Shown in pieces: positions 38,587 to 48,567 of a stretch of DNA of 64,000 bases. A model generated the notes under the pieces. That model saw only the letters and a program-made list of their open reading frames with translations, searched no databases and was not told where the DNA came from. A program made the translations under genes and the position numbers. The stretch is from a virus (Duplodnaviria > Heunggongvirae > Uroviricota > Caudoviricetes), in the IMG/VR virus record IMGVR_UViG_3300039208_000529, positions 48,443 to 112,442 of that record. One strand, written 5' to 3'. Position 1 is the stretch's first letter. Each line of letters starts with the position of its first letter.

Positions 38587-39397
38587 ACTATCTTATCTAG
38601 TTTCTACTTATGACTCTGCTCATTATCTAGACCTACATCTAGAAAATCTAATTAAAAATCAGACAGATTCGGATTTTGAGGTTATAGTAGTGAACCCAGA
38701 TTCGCCTAGTACGGATGGTTTTATTGCTAGAAAATGGGAAGATGTAGACAGCAGAATTAAGTACATTTATTGGCCACATCGTGAGCCGTATGGTGCTTCG
38801 TGGTTGCGTGCTTGGAAAAATGCAAGAGGAAAGTTTGTCGTCAATAGTAATACTGACGATTTTCATCAACCGATGTTTACTGCTAAATTTTATGAAGCTA
38901 TGAGTAGAGCTTCTGACGATGTTGGTTTTTGTTATTCTGGCCTTGTGGTAATCAACGAGAATGGTGATATTGTTGGAGGAGGGAACAAGCCACCTTTTAA
39001 TCATGAATTAATGAGTAGAGAGTGTTGGGCTGGTCCACAAGTATGCTGGAGAAACGACGAAAAGTTTAATAATAGTTTGGATTGGGACTTAATGCAAACT
39101 AGGGCCGATGAGTACCATTCTGCGTTTGATTATTGGCTTTGGTTATATTTTATGTCCAAGGGATATGATGGTGTTGTGATTCCAGAGCAGCTTACGATCT
39201 ATACACAGCGTTCTGATTCAATAGAAAACAGTAACAAATGGGCCAACAATTGGGAGACATACTCGGCTATCTCTGAGTTTTTCCCTCATAATTTCAAAAA
39301 CCATTTAAAGCATGCCAAAGAATTTATTGAATTCGATAATCGTCCTCATAGAGAAGATTGGATTGCCACAATGCAGAAAGGCAAGAAATGGAAATAA
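38579..39397 (+). CDS. GT2 glycosyltransferase
   Basis: SYLVSTYDSAHYL, FEVIVVNPDS, NSNTDD. Confidence 0.8.
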   Translation: MPKLSYLVSTYDSAHYLDLHLENLIKNQTDSDFEVIVVNPDSPSTDGFIARKWEDVDSRIKYIYWPHREPYGASWLRAWKNARGKFVVNSNTDDFHQPMFTAKFYEAMSRASDDVGFCYSGLVVINENGDIVGGGNKPPFNHELMSRECWAGPQVCWRNDEKFNNSLDWDLMQTRADEYHSAFDYWLWLYFMSKGYDGVVIPEQLTIYTQRSDSIENSNKWANNWETYSAISEFFPHNFKNHLKHAKEFIEFDNRPHREDWIATMQKGKKWK

Positions 39398-39741
39398 TTG
39401 AGAAGCCTTGGGGCCGCGAAAAGATTGTTGAACTAAATGACAAATACTGCATGAAAATCTTAGAAATTAATGCGGGCAAAAGATTGAGCTTGCAATATCA
39501 TAAGATTAAAAGAGAAACGATGTACTGTCTATATGGCATTGGTGAATTGGAAGTTTATGCTTTAGACGGTGCTCAAAAAGTTTTTTCAATGTTGCCCGGT
39601 CGATTCTTTACTATTAGTCCTGGACAGGTGCATCGTATTATTGCTGGAAAGCATTCTAATCTAGTTGTTATGGAGGCGTCCACTCCGGAAATGGACGACG
39701 TAATTAGAGTTCAAGACGATTATGGCAGAACTGAAGATTAA
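39388..39741 (+). CDS. cupin, mannose-6-phosphate isomerase type II C-terminal-like
   Basis: EKPWG...KILEINAGKRLSLQYH...RETMY...PGQVHRI...EASTPE.DDVIRVQDDYGR. Confidence 0.85.
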   Translation: MEIIEKPWGREKIVELNDKYCMKILEINAGKRLSLQYHKIKRETMYCLYGIGELEVYALDGAQKVFSMLPGRFFTISPGQVHRIIAGKHSNLVVMEASTPEMDDVIRVQDDYGRTED

Positions 39742-39949
39742 TAAAGATACAAAACGTTGGGCTTTTGATCTGTTAGTTAGCACTGATCCGCAGATTAAAG
39801 AACTGCGTGATGCATTGATTACTGAGATGGCATACAATATGTATCTTGAACATAATTTAAAGCCTGGAACAATTCCGTTCAACAAGCTGAAAACAGAAGA
39901 GAGACGTGAATATTTTCAACGAGTTGAGGAACTAATATATAATGACTAA
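39722..39949 (+). CDS. hypothetical protein
   Basis: 75-aa coupled ORF with N-terminal WAFDLL. Confidence 0.55.
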   Translation: MAELKINKDTKRWAFDLLVSTDPQIKELRDALITEMAYNMYLEHNLKPGTIPFNKLKTEERREYFQRVEELIYND

Positions 39950-40994
39950 AATCAAAGTAATGCACTATCTTACCAATCTTGGGTTGGGAGGTACAGAAAA
40001 GACATGTCAGCTATTTGCTAATAACATGAATACTTCAGATTTTGATGTTTATCTTGCATATGAAAAAGCTGGAGATAAGACTAGGTTGGATCTGTTCAAA
40101 TGTAATAAAGTTGAAGTAGATAAGAATTCGGACTCTTTAAATGAAGTTATCAAATCTTTTCAGATAGATATTTTTCATGTCTATAGATCCGGCTTTCCTG
40201 AGTATCCTGTTCCTGGAAAGGATATAAACGTAAATAGTTTTGTAGAAACGAATGTGTTTGGAATGTTAGACAGAAATCCAAAGATTAATCGTAGTCTTTT
40301 CATGAGCGAGTGGCTTATGTTCGATGTTTGTCGTAAGATAGGTGGCAGACACGAAAGATTTGATTTTGTAAACAACCCTGTTGAGAGTCCGTGTACTGAT
40401 GAAAACATGCGGACTCAGTTTCCCGAAGACGCAATTATTCTTGGGAGATGTGGCAGACCAGATAATGGAATTTATAATGATATCAATGTTCAGGCCGCCA
40501 GAATTTTACGGCTTCAAGGCTATCCTATTCATATACTTGCGGTGGCTCCTCCGACTAATATGGTTAACGATTGTCGTCAGTTTGATGTACCTCTTGTTGT
40601 CATAGAGCCGACTATTGATCCTATAGTATTAAGTAAGTTTTATAATACAATTGATATTTATGCTCACGCAAGAGCGGATGGCGAGACGTTTGGAGTAAAT
40701 ATTGCAGAAGCAATGATTCACAGCAATCCTGTTGTAACCCATATTGCTACTCCAAGTTTTCCAGGAATGGGAGTTTTTCAAGCACAAACGAAACTGGTTG
40801 ATGACGGAATTACTGGATTTGTGGTCCAAAATGATTGTAACGAGTATGCTGAAGCTCTTAAGAAACTGATTGACAGTAAAAACCTGCGTGATAGAATGGG
40901 TATAGCTGGTCTCGAAAAAGCGAATCATGAGTTTCATGTTGATGCTTGTGTTCAAAAACTTGAGAGGATTTATAAAGAGGTAATGTATGTCTAA
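39942..40994 (+). CDS. GT4 glycosyltransferase
   Basis: LGLGGTEK, DIYAHARADGETFGVNIAEAM, DGITGFVV. Confidence 0.88.
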   Translation: MTKIKVMHYLTNLGLGGTEKTCQLFANNMNTSDFDVYLAYEKAGDKTRLDLFKCNKVEVDKNSDSLNEVIKSFQIDIFHVYRSGFPEYPVPGKDINVNSFVETNVFGMLDRNPKINRSLFMSEWLMFDVCRKIGGRHERFDFVNNPVESPCTDENMRTQFPEDAIILGRCGRPDNGIYNDINVQAARILRLQGYPIHILAVAPPTNMVNDCRQFDVPLVVIEPTIDPIVLSKFYNTIDIYAHARADGETFGVNIAEAMIHSNPVVTHIATPSFPGMGVFQAQTKLVDDGITGFVVQNDCNEYAEALKKLIDSKNLRDRMGIAGLEKANHEFHVDACVQKLERIYKEVMYV

Positions 40995-41190
40995 GATGTA
41001 TGAAGTTAGGGCACAGTGGCCAGTCGTGGTTGAGGGATTGTTTTATGTTGTTGCCGATAGTGAAGAGCACGCTGTCAGTCTGGTTGAAAATGGAGCTGTA
41101 GATCCAGCCTGGGATGATTTTGTTGATACTTCAAGAGATCAGATTGAGATATTAGAAGCAAACGAAACAGATGATGCTGACTCAGACTGA
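40987..41190 (+). CDS. small acidic hypothetical protein
   Basis: 67-aa ORF with GAGG upstream. Confidence 0.55.
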   Translation: MSKMYEVRAQWPVVVEGLFYVVADSEEHAVSLVENGAVDPAWDDFVDTSRDQIEILEANETDDADSD

Positions 41191-41524
41191 AGAACTTAAG
41201 TATATAATGCGAGATTTTGACCTTGCTGCTGTGAGGCTTGATGTTTCTACTTCTGTTGAATCGTTTGATCTTTGTACAGTAGGTAGTAGAGCAACTAAAA
41301 CATTCCAAGGAAAGCGGACATTTAATTTTTCTGTTAGTTTTCTTCGCCCTCGTACTGAATGGAAAAATATTGAAGCTGGTAAGGAATCAGAGGAAAATCT
41401 TCAGGTTTTTTTTGGTTTAATAAAAGAACTTGGGTTTTATATTCACTCTAGAACTGAAGAGTATCATACTGACGGAACAATTGTAGTAAATATAGATGGG
41501 GAGATTATAGGTGTCAAAAATTAA
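41171..41524 (+). CDS. hypothetical protein
   Basis: 117-aa coupled ORF. Confidence 0.55.
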   Translation: MMLTQTEELKYIMRDFDLAAVRLDVSTSVESFDLCTVGSRATKTFQGKRTFNFSVSFLRPRTEWKNIEAGKESEENLQVFFGLIKELGFYIHSRTEEYHTDGTIVVNIDGEIIGVKN

Positions 41525-42638
41525 AGTTGTGCATCATACCAAAACGGTTGGTTATAGCGGTACTGATCGTACAGCACAATTATTTTGTAAATATCTTGCT
41601 AAGAGCGATCGATATGAGCCGTTTATTGTTTATAGACAACCTGATGGCAATAATCAGAGACTGGACGTTGCTCGTAAATGGTTGGGCGACGATCACGTCA
41701 TTCCTTATAGTGTGAGTTTTGGTAAGCGTGGTCGAATTCCTCCTTATATGCCAGATAGCGATAACTTACACGAAGTATTGAAAGTTATTGATCCTCAAAT
41801 TATTCATATGCATAGATCTGGTTATAGCGAATGGCCTGGTTTCAAATATCTTTATCCACAAGCTAAATGGGTAGAAACCAATATCTTTGGCTTTAATGAC
41901 ACAAATCCTGAACGTCAATTTGATTTAAATGTCTATATTTCTGAATATATTAAAGATGTAGCAATGCGTGCCGGCAATCAGGACGGCCCTGTTTTATATA
42001 ATCCAATAGAGCAGCCACATCTTGATGTGACAATTGAAAATATTATAGCATGTAAGGTACATCTTGCAGCCAATCATGGCATACCACATATGGTTGAAGG
42101 TAAGCGACCAGTGTTAATTGGTCGTGTTGGTAGGGCCGATAACTTTGATCCAATTTCATTACTAGCTTTTGCTAAGATTGAAAAAAGTAATCCCGAAGCT
42201 TATTATTTCGTTGTTAATGCTTGTGATCAGTGGAGATCTACAGCTGAGCGTTTAAAAATCAAGAATATATTCTTTTTAGACCCTATTATTAGTGATGAAG
42301 CTTTATCTAGATTTTATATGGGATTAGATATATATGCTCATGCTAGATCTGACGGTGAGTGTTGCCCATGTAACATTCAAGAAGCAATGATGCATGGTGT
42401 TCCTGTTGTGTCGCATTATGGATCAACATATAATGGGCATCCCGAGATTATAGAATCTACTGGTTTTGTTGTTCCGATTGCCGACCACGAAGCTTACGCC
42501 GAGGTTTTGGGACAGTTAGTGAATGATCAAGAACAAAGAGCCTACTATGGTCGGGAAGGTCGTCGTAGAGCGATGAGATATTTTGATGCTGAGTGTGTTA
42601 CAAATCATCTAATCAAGATGTATGATTCAATTCTATGA
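41511..42638 (+). CDS. GT4 glycosyltransferase (paralog of 39942..40994)
   Basis: DIYAHARSDGECCPCNIQEAMMHG; IGRVGRAD. Confidence 0.88.
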   Translation: MSKIKVVHHTKTVGYSGTDRTAQLFCKYLAKSDRYEPFIVYRQPDGNNQRLDVARKWLGDDHVIPYSVSFGKRGRIPPYMPDSDNLHEVLKVIDPQIIHMHRSGYSEWPGFKYLYPQAKWVETNIFGFNDTNPERQFDLNVYISEYIKDVAMRAGNQDGPVLYNPIEQPHLDVTIENIIACKVHLAANHGIPHMVEGKRPVLIGRVGRADNFDPISLLAFAKIEKSNPEAYYFVVNACDQWRSTAERLKIKNIFFLDPIISDEALSRFYMGLDIYAHARSDGECCPCNIQEAMMHGVPVVSHYGSTYNGHPEIIESTGFVVPIADHEAYAEVLGQLVNDQEQRAYYGREGRRRAMRYFDAECVTNHLIKMYDSIL

Positions 42639-42973
42639 ATAAAGAGACTACAAAATGGGCAAGAGAATTGCTAGAAACTCTTCCTCCAGAGTGGATAAAG
42701 TTAATTCCAGAAAGATTTTGGCACGAATCATACCATCCAAACGAAGCTTTACTTTTGGTAAGAGGTAAAGACATTAGCCGCATTCAAGTACAAGAAGAAA
42801 TTTCAACGATGAGATATCCGTCAACGGTTAACGTTCCTCAGACTGATATTTTTTCTGTAACTTGGCCAATTAATTATGATAAAATACATGAATTTACTGT
42901 TTGTAAAAGAGAAACTGTCGTAAAACATAATAAATCCCTTATAGTATATGTCGATGAAAACTATTTACGTTGA
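42635..42973 (+). CDS. hypothetical protein
   Basis: 112-aa ORF with N-terminal WARELL. Confidence 0.55.
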   Translation: MNKETTKWARELLETLPPEWIKLIPERFWHESYHPNEALLLVRGKDISRIQVQEEISTMRYPSTVNVPQTDIFSVTWPINYDKIHEFTVCKRETVVKHNKSLIVYVDENYLR

Positions 42974-43316
42974 TTTTGATGGTGTAATTCACAGCTATGT
43001 TTCTGAGTTTACTGAAGCTCATGAGATCAATGATCCCCCTCTTCCGGGAGCATTGAAATGGTTGGAAGGTTTGGTTGATCAGTTTCATGTGTTTATTTAC
43101 TCTACCAGACTTGTTCATGGAGCTGAAGTAGAAAGAGCTATAGTAGATTGGCTTGTAAAGCACGGTATGTCTATGTACCAAGTAGATAAGCTTGGTTTTA
43201 CAGCAGTAAAACGTGGAGCAAGTGTATACATTGATGATAGGTGCTGGAGATATGAAGGTGGTGCATATCCTACTACACAAGAACTTCAGGATTTTAAACC
43301 GTGGAATAAAAGATGA
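42948..43316 (+). CDS. HAD-superfamily hydrolase (5'-nucleotidase-like)
   Basis: YVDFDGVI motif I, YSTR, K and YIDD motif IV. Confidence 0.75.
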   Translation: MSMKTIYVDFDGVIHSYVSEFTEAHEINDPPLPGALKWLEGLVDQFHVFIYSTRLVHGAEVERAIVDWLVKHGMSMYQVDKLGFTAVKRGASVYIDDRCWRYEGGAYPTTQELQDFKPWNKR

Positions 43317-43714
43317 GTATTGATTTTAGTCAATTTCGAGCTAAACCTATTCGTCGTAGGTTTACAAAGGAAACCGAGCCGAGATGGAAGACGAAAGATG
43401 GAACTGTAATGCTCATGTCTCAAATGGAAGATTCTCATCTTATCAATGCTATAAAAATGGTGATGAGAAAAATCTATAAAGAATACAAAGATAACTTTGA
43501 TCTTTCTGGGGATAAGCTAGTCGAGTTTATAGAATATAATCCGTTAAGAACTTTTGGGATTAAAGATCTATTGAATGAAGCAAAATCAAGAAAAAGTATT
43601 GACTGCTCCATGTTTGGGTCATACGCCAGATCTTTGTCAGCCCGAGAAGAGGTTAACGATAAAGAATCTGTTAAACGTTGGGCATCGAGATTGTTAGATT
43701 TATTAAATGACTAA
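43313..43714 (+). CDS. hypothetical protein
   Basis: 133 aa; W.TKDG..M..S.MEDSHLIN; C-terminal WASRLL. Confidence 0.6.
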   Translation: MSIDFSQFRAKPIRRRFTKETEPRWKTKDGTVMLMSQMEDSHLINAIKMVMRKIYKEYKDNFDLSGDKLVEFIEYNPLRTFGIKDLLNEAKSRKSIDCSMFGSYARSLSAREEVNDKESVKRWASRLLDLLND

Positions 43715-44420
43715 AATAATTTCATTTTCATTATGGGGTAATGATCCAAAGTATTGTCAGGGTGCTATTAAGAATGCAGATTTAGCCGCAGAAATTTATC
43801 CTGATTGGACATGTCGTTTTTATTGTGGAGCAAGTGTTCATTCTAATATCATATCCAATTTGTTAGATCGCGACAATACAGATATTCTTTGTCATGGTCA
43901 GGATGGCGATTGGACGGGTATGTTTTGGCGATTTGAACCTGCTAGTGAAAATGATGTAGAAGCAATGATTTCGAGAGATTGTGATTCAAGGTTGAGTTAC
44001 CGCGAAAAAGCTGCTGTAGACGAATGGATTGAAAGCGATAAGGGATTTCACATCATGCGAGATCATCCCTGGCATGGTTCCAAGATATTAGGAGGTATGT
44101 GGGGAGTCAAACGCGGAGTGTTGTCAGACATGCGAAATCTTATGTCAAACTGGGATCAACAGAACAGATGGCAAACTGATCAAGATTTTCTTAATGAAGT
44201 AATCTATCCGAGAATTGTTAATGATTCTATGGTTCATGCACAATTTTTTGCCATGGAAGAACATGCGATTCCTTTTCCTGGCTTTCGAGATGGGTTAGAA
44301 TTTGTTGGTCAAGTTTTCGATGAAAACGATATAACTGTTTCTGAACATCAACACGTACTTTTTAAAGCATTAAAAATGCAAGGCGAACCCGTAAGACAAT
44401 TACCTGATTATCTAAGATGA
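43707..44420 (+). CDS. putative GT-A-like glycosyltransferase
   Basis: ISFSLWG...Y..GA..N, DxD-like SRDCDSR, FHIMRDHPWH, ILGGMWG, DQDFL. Confidence 0.6.
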   Translation: MTKIISFSLWGNDPKYCQGAIKNADLAAEIYPDWTCRFYCGASVHSNIISNLLDRDNTDILCHGQDGDWTGMFWRFEPASENDVEAMISRDCDSRLSYREKAAVDEWIESDKGFHIMRDHPWHGSKILGGMWGVKRGVLSDMRNLMSNWDQQNRWQTDQDFLNEVIYPRIVNDSMVHAQFFAMEEHAIPFPGFRDGLEFVGQVFDENDITVSEHQHVLFKALKMQGEPVRQLPDYLR

Positions 44421-44740
44421 ATGACTCATTTTTGAAACGTTTACGCAAACTAAGCGTAGAGCGATGTGAACAATATTTTTTCCCTATTAATCATTGGAGC
44501 GTGCTTGAGTGGGCCGGTGCAGCGGCCGGAGAGGCTGGTGAAACTGCCAATGTAGCCAAGAAGATAAAGCGAGGCGACAAGAATCCATGGATCCTTAAAG
44601 ATCAGCTCGCAGATGAAATTGCTGATACTGTTATTTATTTAGATTTGTTATGTGCTAGCGAGGGAATTGATCTTGAAGACGCCATTCGGCACAAATTTAA
44701 CAAAGTATCCCAAGAACACGGTTATGAGAAAGAACTATGA
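44417..44740 (+). CDS. MazG-like NTP pyrophosphohydrolase
   Basis: GEAGETANVAKK...DEIADTVIYL. Confidence 0.85.
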   Translation: MNDSFLKRLRKLSVERCEQYFFPINHWSVLEWAGAAAGEAGETANVAKKIKRGDKNPWILKDQLADEIADTVIYLDLLCASEGIDLEDAIRHKFNKVSQEHGYEKEL

Positions 44741-45804
44741 GAGCTTTATCATTCGACGACATTCAGTTAGTTCCTCGTTTTAATAATATTCCAAGTCGTA
44801 AAGATGTAAGTACCAGAGTGCAATTTGGCGATCTTACATTGGATGTTCCAATATTTTCGTCCAACATGGATACAATCACTGACTCTAAAATGGCTCGTAC
44901 TATGTATAAGCTGGGTGGGTTGGGGTTTCTACATAGATTCTGTTCTATTGAAGAGAACATTTCTATGTATGATTACGCAACTAAGGAATGGCAAAATACT
45001 AGAGAGCCACGCAAAATAGAGGCTGAAGCCGTTGTTTCACTAGGTGTTAATGAAGGATTAGATCGATTTCATGCCCTATATGAAATAGGTGCTCGTTATT
45101 TTTGCATTGATGTAGCACATGGTCACAGTGAATCTGTTGGCAGGATGATAAAGTCACTGAAGAAATTTAGCGATGATATTTATGTTGTGGCTGGAAATGT
45201 ATGTACAAGAATGGGAGCGGAGTATCTAGCTGGCTGTGGAGCAGATGCAATTAAAATTGGTGTCGGTCCCGGCAGTGCATGTACAACAAGAATTAAAACT
45301 GGTTTTGGTATTCCGCAATTCACAGCTATTAGAGAATGCTCACGAGTCAATGTTTTCAAGATTGCTGATGGAGGCATTCGTACTCCAGGAGACGCCGTGA
45401 AAGCTTTTGCTGCTGGAGCAGATGCTATTATGCTTGGTGGAATGTTGGCTGGCTGTGATGAGACTCCTGGCGAATTGATCACTGATATTGCACAAGATTT
45501 TCGCGGCGATTGGAAGGCGACTAACGATAGTTACAAAATCTTCCGTGGTATGGCCTCGAAAGAAGCTCAAGATGATTTTATGGGATCTATGTCAGACTGG
45601 AAAGCAGCAGAGGGTGTTGAAATAACAGTTAAAGTCAAAGGTCCAGCTTCAAATGTAGTCAATGAATTAATGGGCGGCATTCGAAGTGGAATGACATATT
45701 GTGGAGCGAATAATATTCGTGAGATTAGAGAGCGTGCTGAATGGGTAGAAATTTCACCAGCCGGTGCAGCTGAAGCTAAACCCCACGGAGAAGGAAGATT
45801 ATGA
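44737..45804 (+). CDS. IMPDH/GMP reductase family enzyme without CBS domain (GMPR-like flap)
   Basis: LSFDDI, IDVAHGHS, AGNV, GVGPGSACTTR, ADGGI, FRGMAS, EGV, GIRSGMTY. Confidence 0.92.
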   Translation: MRALSFDDIQLVPRFNNIPSRKDVSTRVQFGDLTLDVPIFSSNMDTITDSKMARTMYKLGGLGFLHRFCSIEENISMYDYATKEWQNTREPRKIEAEAVVSLGVNEGLDRFHALYEIGARYFCIDVAHGHSESVGRMIKSLKKFSDDIYVVAGNVCTRMGAEYLAGCGADAIKIGVGPGSACTTRIKTGFGIPQFTAIRECSRVNVFKIADGGIRTPGDAVKAFAAGADAIMLGGMLAGCDETPGELITDIAQDFRGDWKATNDSYKIFRGMASKEAQDDFMGSMSDWKAAEGVEITVKVKGPASNVVNELMGGIRSGMTYCGANNIREIRERAEWVEISPAGAAEAKPHGEGRL

Positions 45805-46181
45805 AATTCAGTTACTTAAGAAAAGACGACGATGGTCATTGGTATCTTGTTCCAGAAGAAGATGTTGAACGCTTCGATAAATTGATGGAAGAATCTTATC
45901 AAGTAGATTCTGATTCGGATAGATTTTATGAAGTCTGCGAACTCATAAGTCAATTTCCTAGCTGTGAAAACATCAGAGATCTGAAGATTATTATGAACAA
46001 ACCAAGAACAGAAATGATTTGCAAGGGATGTGGTTGTTTTTCTAGTGCTCAGTATTGTCATCATTGTTCAACGAATCCGCTATATCCTAAACTAATTGCG
46101 GCAGAACAAAAAATTGCTGAGTTAGAAAAAAAGCTAGCTTATGCAGGTTGGGAGACTAATCCAGACAGAATGGGAAAATGA
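45801..46181 (+). CDS. hypothetical protein (possible fusion of two small genes)
   Basis: N-terminal KDDDGHWYLVP half; C-terminal CKGCGC...CHHC half. Confidence 0.55.
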   Translation: MKFSYLRKDDDGHWYLVPEEDVERFDKLMEESYQVDSDSDRFYEVCELISQFPSCENIRDLKIIMNKPRTEMICKGCGCFSSAQYCHHCSTNPLYPKLIAAEQKIAELEKKLAYAGWETNPDRMGK

Positions 46182-47062
46182 GAATATTAGTTTCTTACAG
46201 AGGAATTCCTCAATCGCCAGGCTGGGCGACCGGCGATATGGTTGTCAAGGCTCTTAGAGAACTTGGTCACGAAGTTCACGCATATGCTAAGAATTATCAA
46301 ACCAGCACTTGGGTAGAATGTCATTTACTGCACCCTCATTTGCAGATAGACTATGACTTATGGATATTTATGGAGTGCAATGATGGCGATCAACAATATC
46401 TTGGCTTAAAAGACGTAAAGACCAAAAAGAAAGTTTCCTGGACATTCGACAATTCATACTATCCCGACAATCTAGCGTCCCTTCTTTCCTATTTCCAGTT
46501 TGATTATCACTTCTTGGCTAATCCACTATTGTTAAACCAATTTCCGAATAGTCATTATTTACCCTATGCCTGTGATCCTGAACTACATTCTAGGTCTTTC
46601 GATAGAAAGAGAGAACATTTTTGTACTTTAGTTGGGTCAATTCGTGAAGATAGAAAAAATCTTGCTAAGTCTCTTAAAAAACATAATGTTGATTTAAAGC
46701 TTATTGGGGAAGTGTTTCGAGAAGAATATATTGATACACTAGGATCTTCTCGTATAATTGTAAATCAGAATCCTGGAGTTGGTGCCGGATTACTTAACAT
46801 GCGAACATTTGAAGCTCCTGCGGCTGGAGCATTACTTTTAATGGAACGTCGAGACTATGAAGCGAATCCGGGAATATTACGAAATAACAAAGACTGTATT
46901 GTTTTTGACTCTGATAGTCATCTTGCTGAGTTGTTATCTAACCTGGAAAAGGATACAACTGGCTTGGTTGAAAATCTACGTATGGCTGGACAATCTTCCG
47001 TTTTGAGTCAACATACATACGTAAAACGCTGCAAACAATTGTTGGATATAGTTAATGCTTAA
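46178..47062 (+). CDS. CgeB-like GT-B glycosyltransferase
   Basis: LPYACDP, SRIIVN, NMRTFEAPAAGALLL, HTY..R. Confidence 0.8.
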   Translation: MRILVSYRGIPQSPGWATGDMVVKALRELGHEVHAYAKNYQTSTWVECHLLHPHLQIDYDLWIFMECNDGDQQYLGLKDVKTKKKVSWTFDNSYYPDNLASLLSYFQFDYHFLANPLLLNQFPNSHYLPYACDPELHSRSFDRKREHFCTLVGSIREDRKNLAKSLKKHNVDLKLIGEVFREEYIDTLGSSRIIVNQNPGVGAGLLNMRTFEAPAAGALLLMERRDYEANPGILRNNKDCIVFDSDSHLAELLSNLEKDTTGLVENLRMAGQSSVLSQHTYVKRCKQLLDIVNA

Positions 47063-47717
47063 ATTAAACCAAGCTATTGGATCATATTTGGAAGATCCCG
47101 AAGGGTATACAGATCTCGCAGAGTATTCTTTTAAAGAAGAATTAAAGCTTGGCGGTTGGTGTCCGGCAACAATCATGTCTTTTTTAAACACTGCTGTTTC
47201 CAGTATGCCTGAAGATCAGTATTATCTAGAAATAGGAAGCTGGTGTGGTAGAAGTTTATGTGCGGCATTAAAAAACAATGATAAGCGGGCAATTGTAATT
47301 GATCCTTTAGATCATATTGCTGGCGGTAAACAAGTCTTTGATGAATGGAGTCGTAATGTAAGATCGGCTGGTATTGAAGATAGAGTTGCTCTGCATAGAG
47401 TTAGAGCAGAGCAATTTATTGGTGATCTTCCATCTATTGGAATTTTCTTTTATGATGGCAGTCATGACTCTGGGCACACTTATGAAGGACTATCTCGATA
47501 CGAGCGATTCTTAGCAGATGAGGCAATAATTATTGTGGATGATTATTTTATTTATGGCGGAAATAATCAGCAAGTATTGCCTGGACATTCTTTGAATATA
47601 CAGGATCCAGTTAAGGCGGATACAGATAGATGGATTGCTGAAAACAAAGGTAAGATTAGTATGATTCATATCACTAAGTTTTTACATGGTCAGGCTATTA
47701 TACATTATAAGCGATGA
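47055..47717 (+). CDS. class I SAM methyltransferase (Methyltransf_24-like)
   Basis: YLEIGSWCGRS, FFYDGSHD, IIVDDY. Confidence 0.82.
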   Translation: MLKLNQAIGSYLEDPEGYTDLAEYSFKEELKLGGWCPATIMSFLNTAVSSMPEDQYYLEIGSWCGRSLCAALKNNDKRAIVIDPLDHIAGGKQVFDEWSRNVRSAGIEDRVALHRVRAEQFIGDLPSIGIFFYDGSHDSGHTYEGLSRYERFLADEAIIIVDDYFIYGGNNQQVLPGHSLNIQDPVKADTDRWIAENKGKISMIHITKFLHGQAIIHYKR

Positions 47718-48370
47718 AGGTAAGCGTTTTAATTTGTGCTCATAGTCAAGATGAAAACTACGACAAGCTGCTTTGTCGAGCACTTGAGTCGCTAGCTATT
47801 CAGAGCTACGATGATTTTGAAACTGTTTTAGTACTAGACGAATGTTGGGATGGTACTAGATCGGCGGTAAAGCCTTATGAATATGTGCTAAACATGAGAA
47901 TATACGATAGACCACATAAACAAGGGTTAGCTATTGCTAAAAACTTTGGTCTTGAACGTTGTAATGGTGAATGGATTGCTTTTCTTGATGCAGATGACAG
48001 ATATATGTCTTGTAAACTTGAAGTTCAGATGAACTTTCTGGAACATAATCCGCATGTAAGTGTTTGCGGTACTCTTGCGTGGGATTGGTACAATGAATTT
48101 GATATGAAGCCTTCTTGTTTTCAGCCCGGACAATACCAAACTCACGACCAAGTTATGCAGAGATTACCAAGCGAGAATGTCATGTGTCATGGCAGCATTA
48201 TGGTTAAGCACGATGCACTGAAAGCTGTTGGTAATTATCCGACAGACAAGATTTATTTGGGTCGAGAAGATTGGGAACTTTGGCAGCGTATGGCTAATGC
48301 GGGATTTGTGTTTCATAACATTCCAGAGAGACTATATATTTATAGTATGGGAACTAGTGTTGAGCGATAA
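47714..48370 (+). CDS. GT2 glycosyltransferase
   Basis: VSVLI, GLAIAKNFGL, WIAFLDADD, KLEVQ, EDWELWQR. Confidence 0.9.
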   Translation: MKVSVLICAHSQDENYDKLLCRALESLAIQSYDDFETVLVLDECWDGTRSAVKPYEYVLNMRIYDRPHKQGLAIAKNFGLERCNGEWIAFLDADDRYMSCKLEVQMNFLEHNPHVSVCGTLAWDWYNEFDMKPSCFQPGQYQTHDQVMQRLPSENVMCHGSIMVKHDALKAVGNYPTDKIYLGREDWELWQRMANAGFVFHNIPERLYIYSMGTSVER

Positions 48371-48372
48371 AG

Positions 48373-48567
48373 ATGTGGATCTTGATTGAAACAGACTTTG
48401 ATAACAACGATGCAAATTGTTGCTGGGGTCCTTTTAAAGACTTTTCTGAAGCTGCTGACTTTGGAAATCGTAGAATTGCCTTATTGGCTAACGAGTGGGA
48501 CGGTGAAGAAGATGGCTTCTTGATTAATTGTTTAAAGTGGGAAATTCGTCGGTTAAATACACCATGA
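48373..48567 (+). CDS. small hypothetical protein
   Basis: 64-aa ORF filling the gap. Confidence 0.5.
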   Translation: MWILIETDFDNNDANCCWGPFKDFSEAADFGNRRIALLANEWDGEEDGFLINCLKWEIRRLNTP

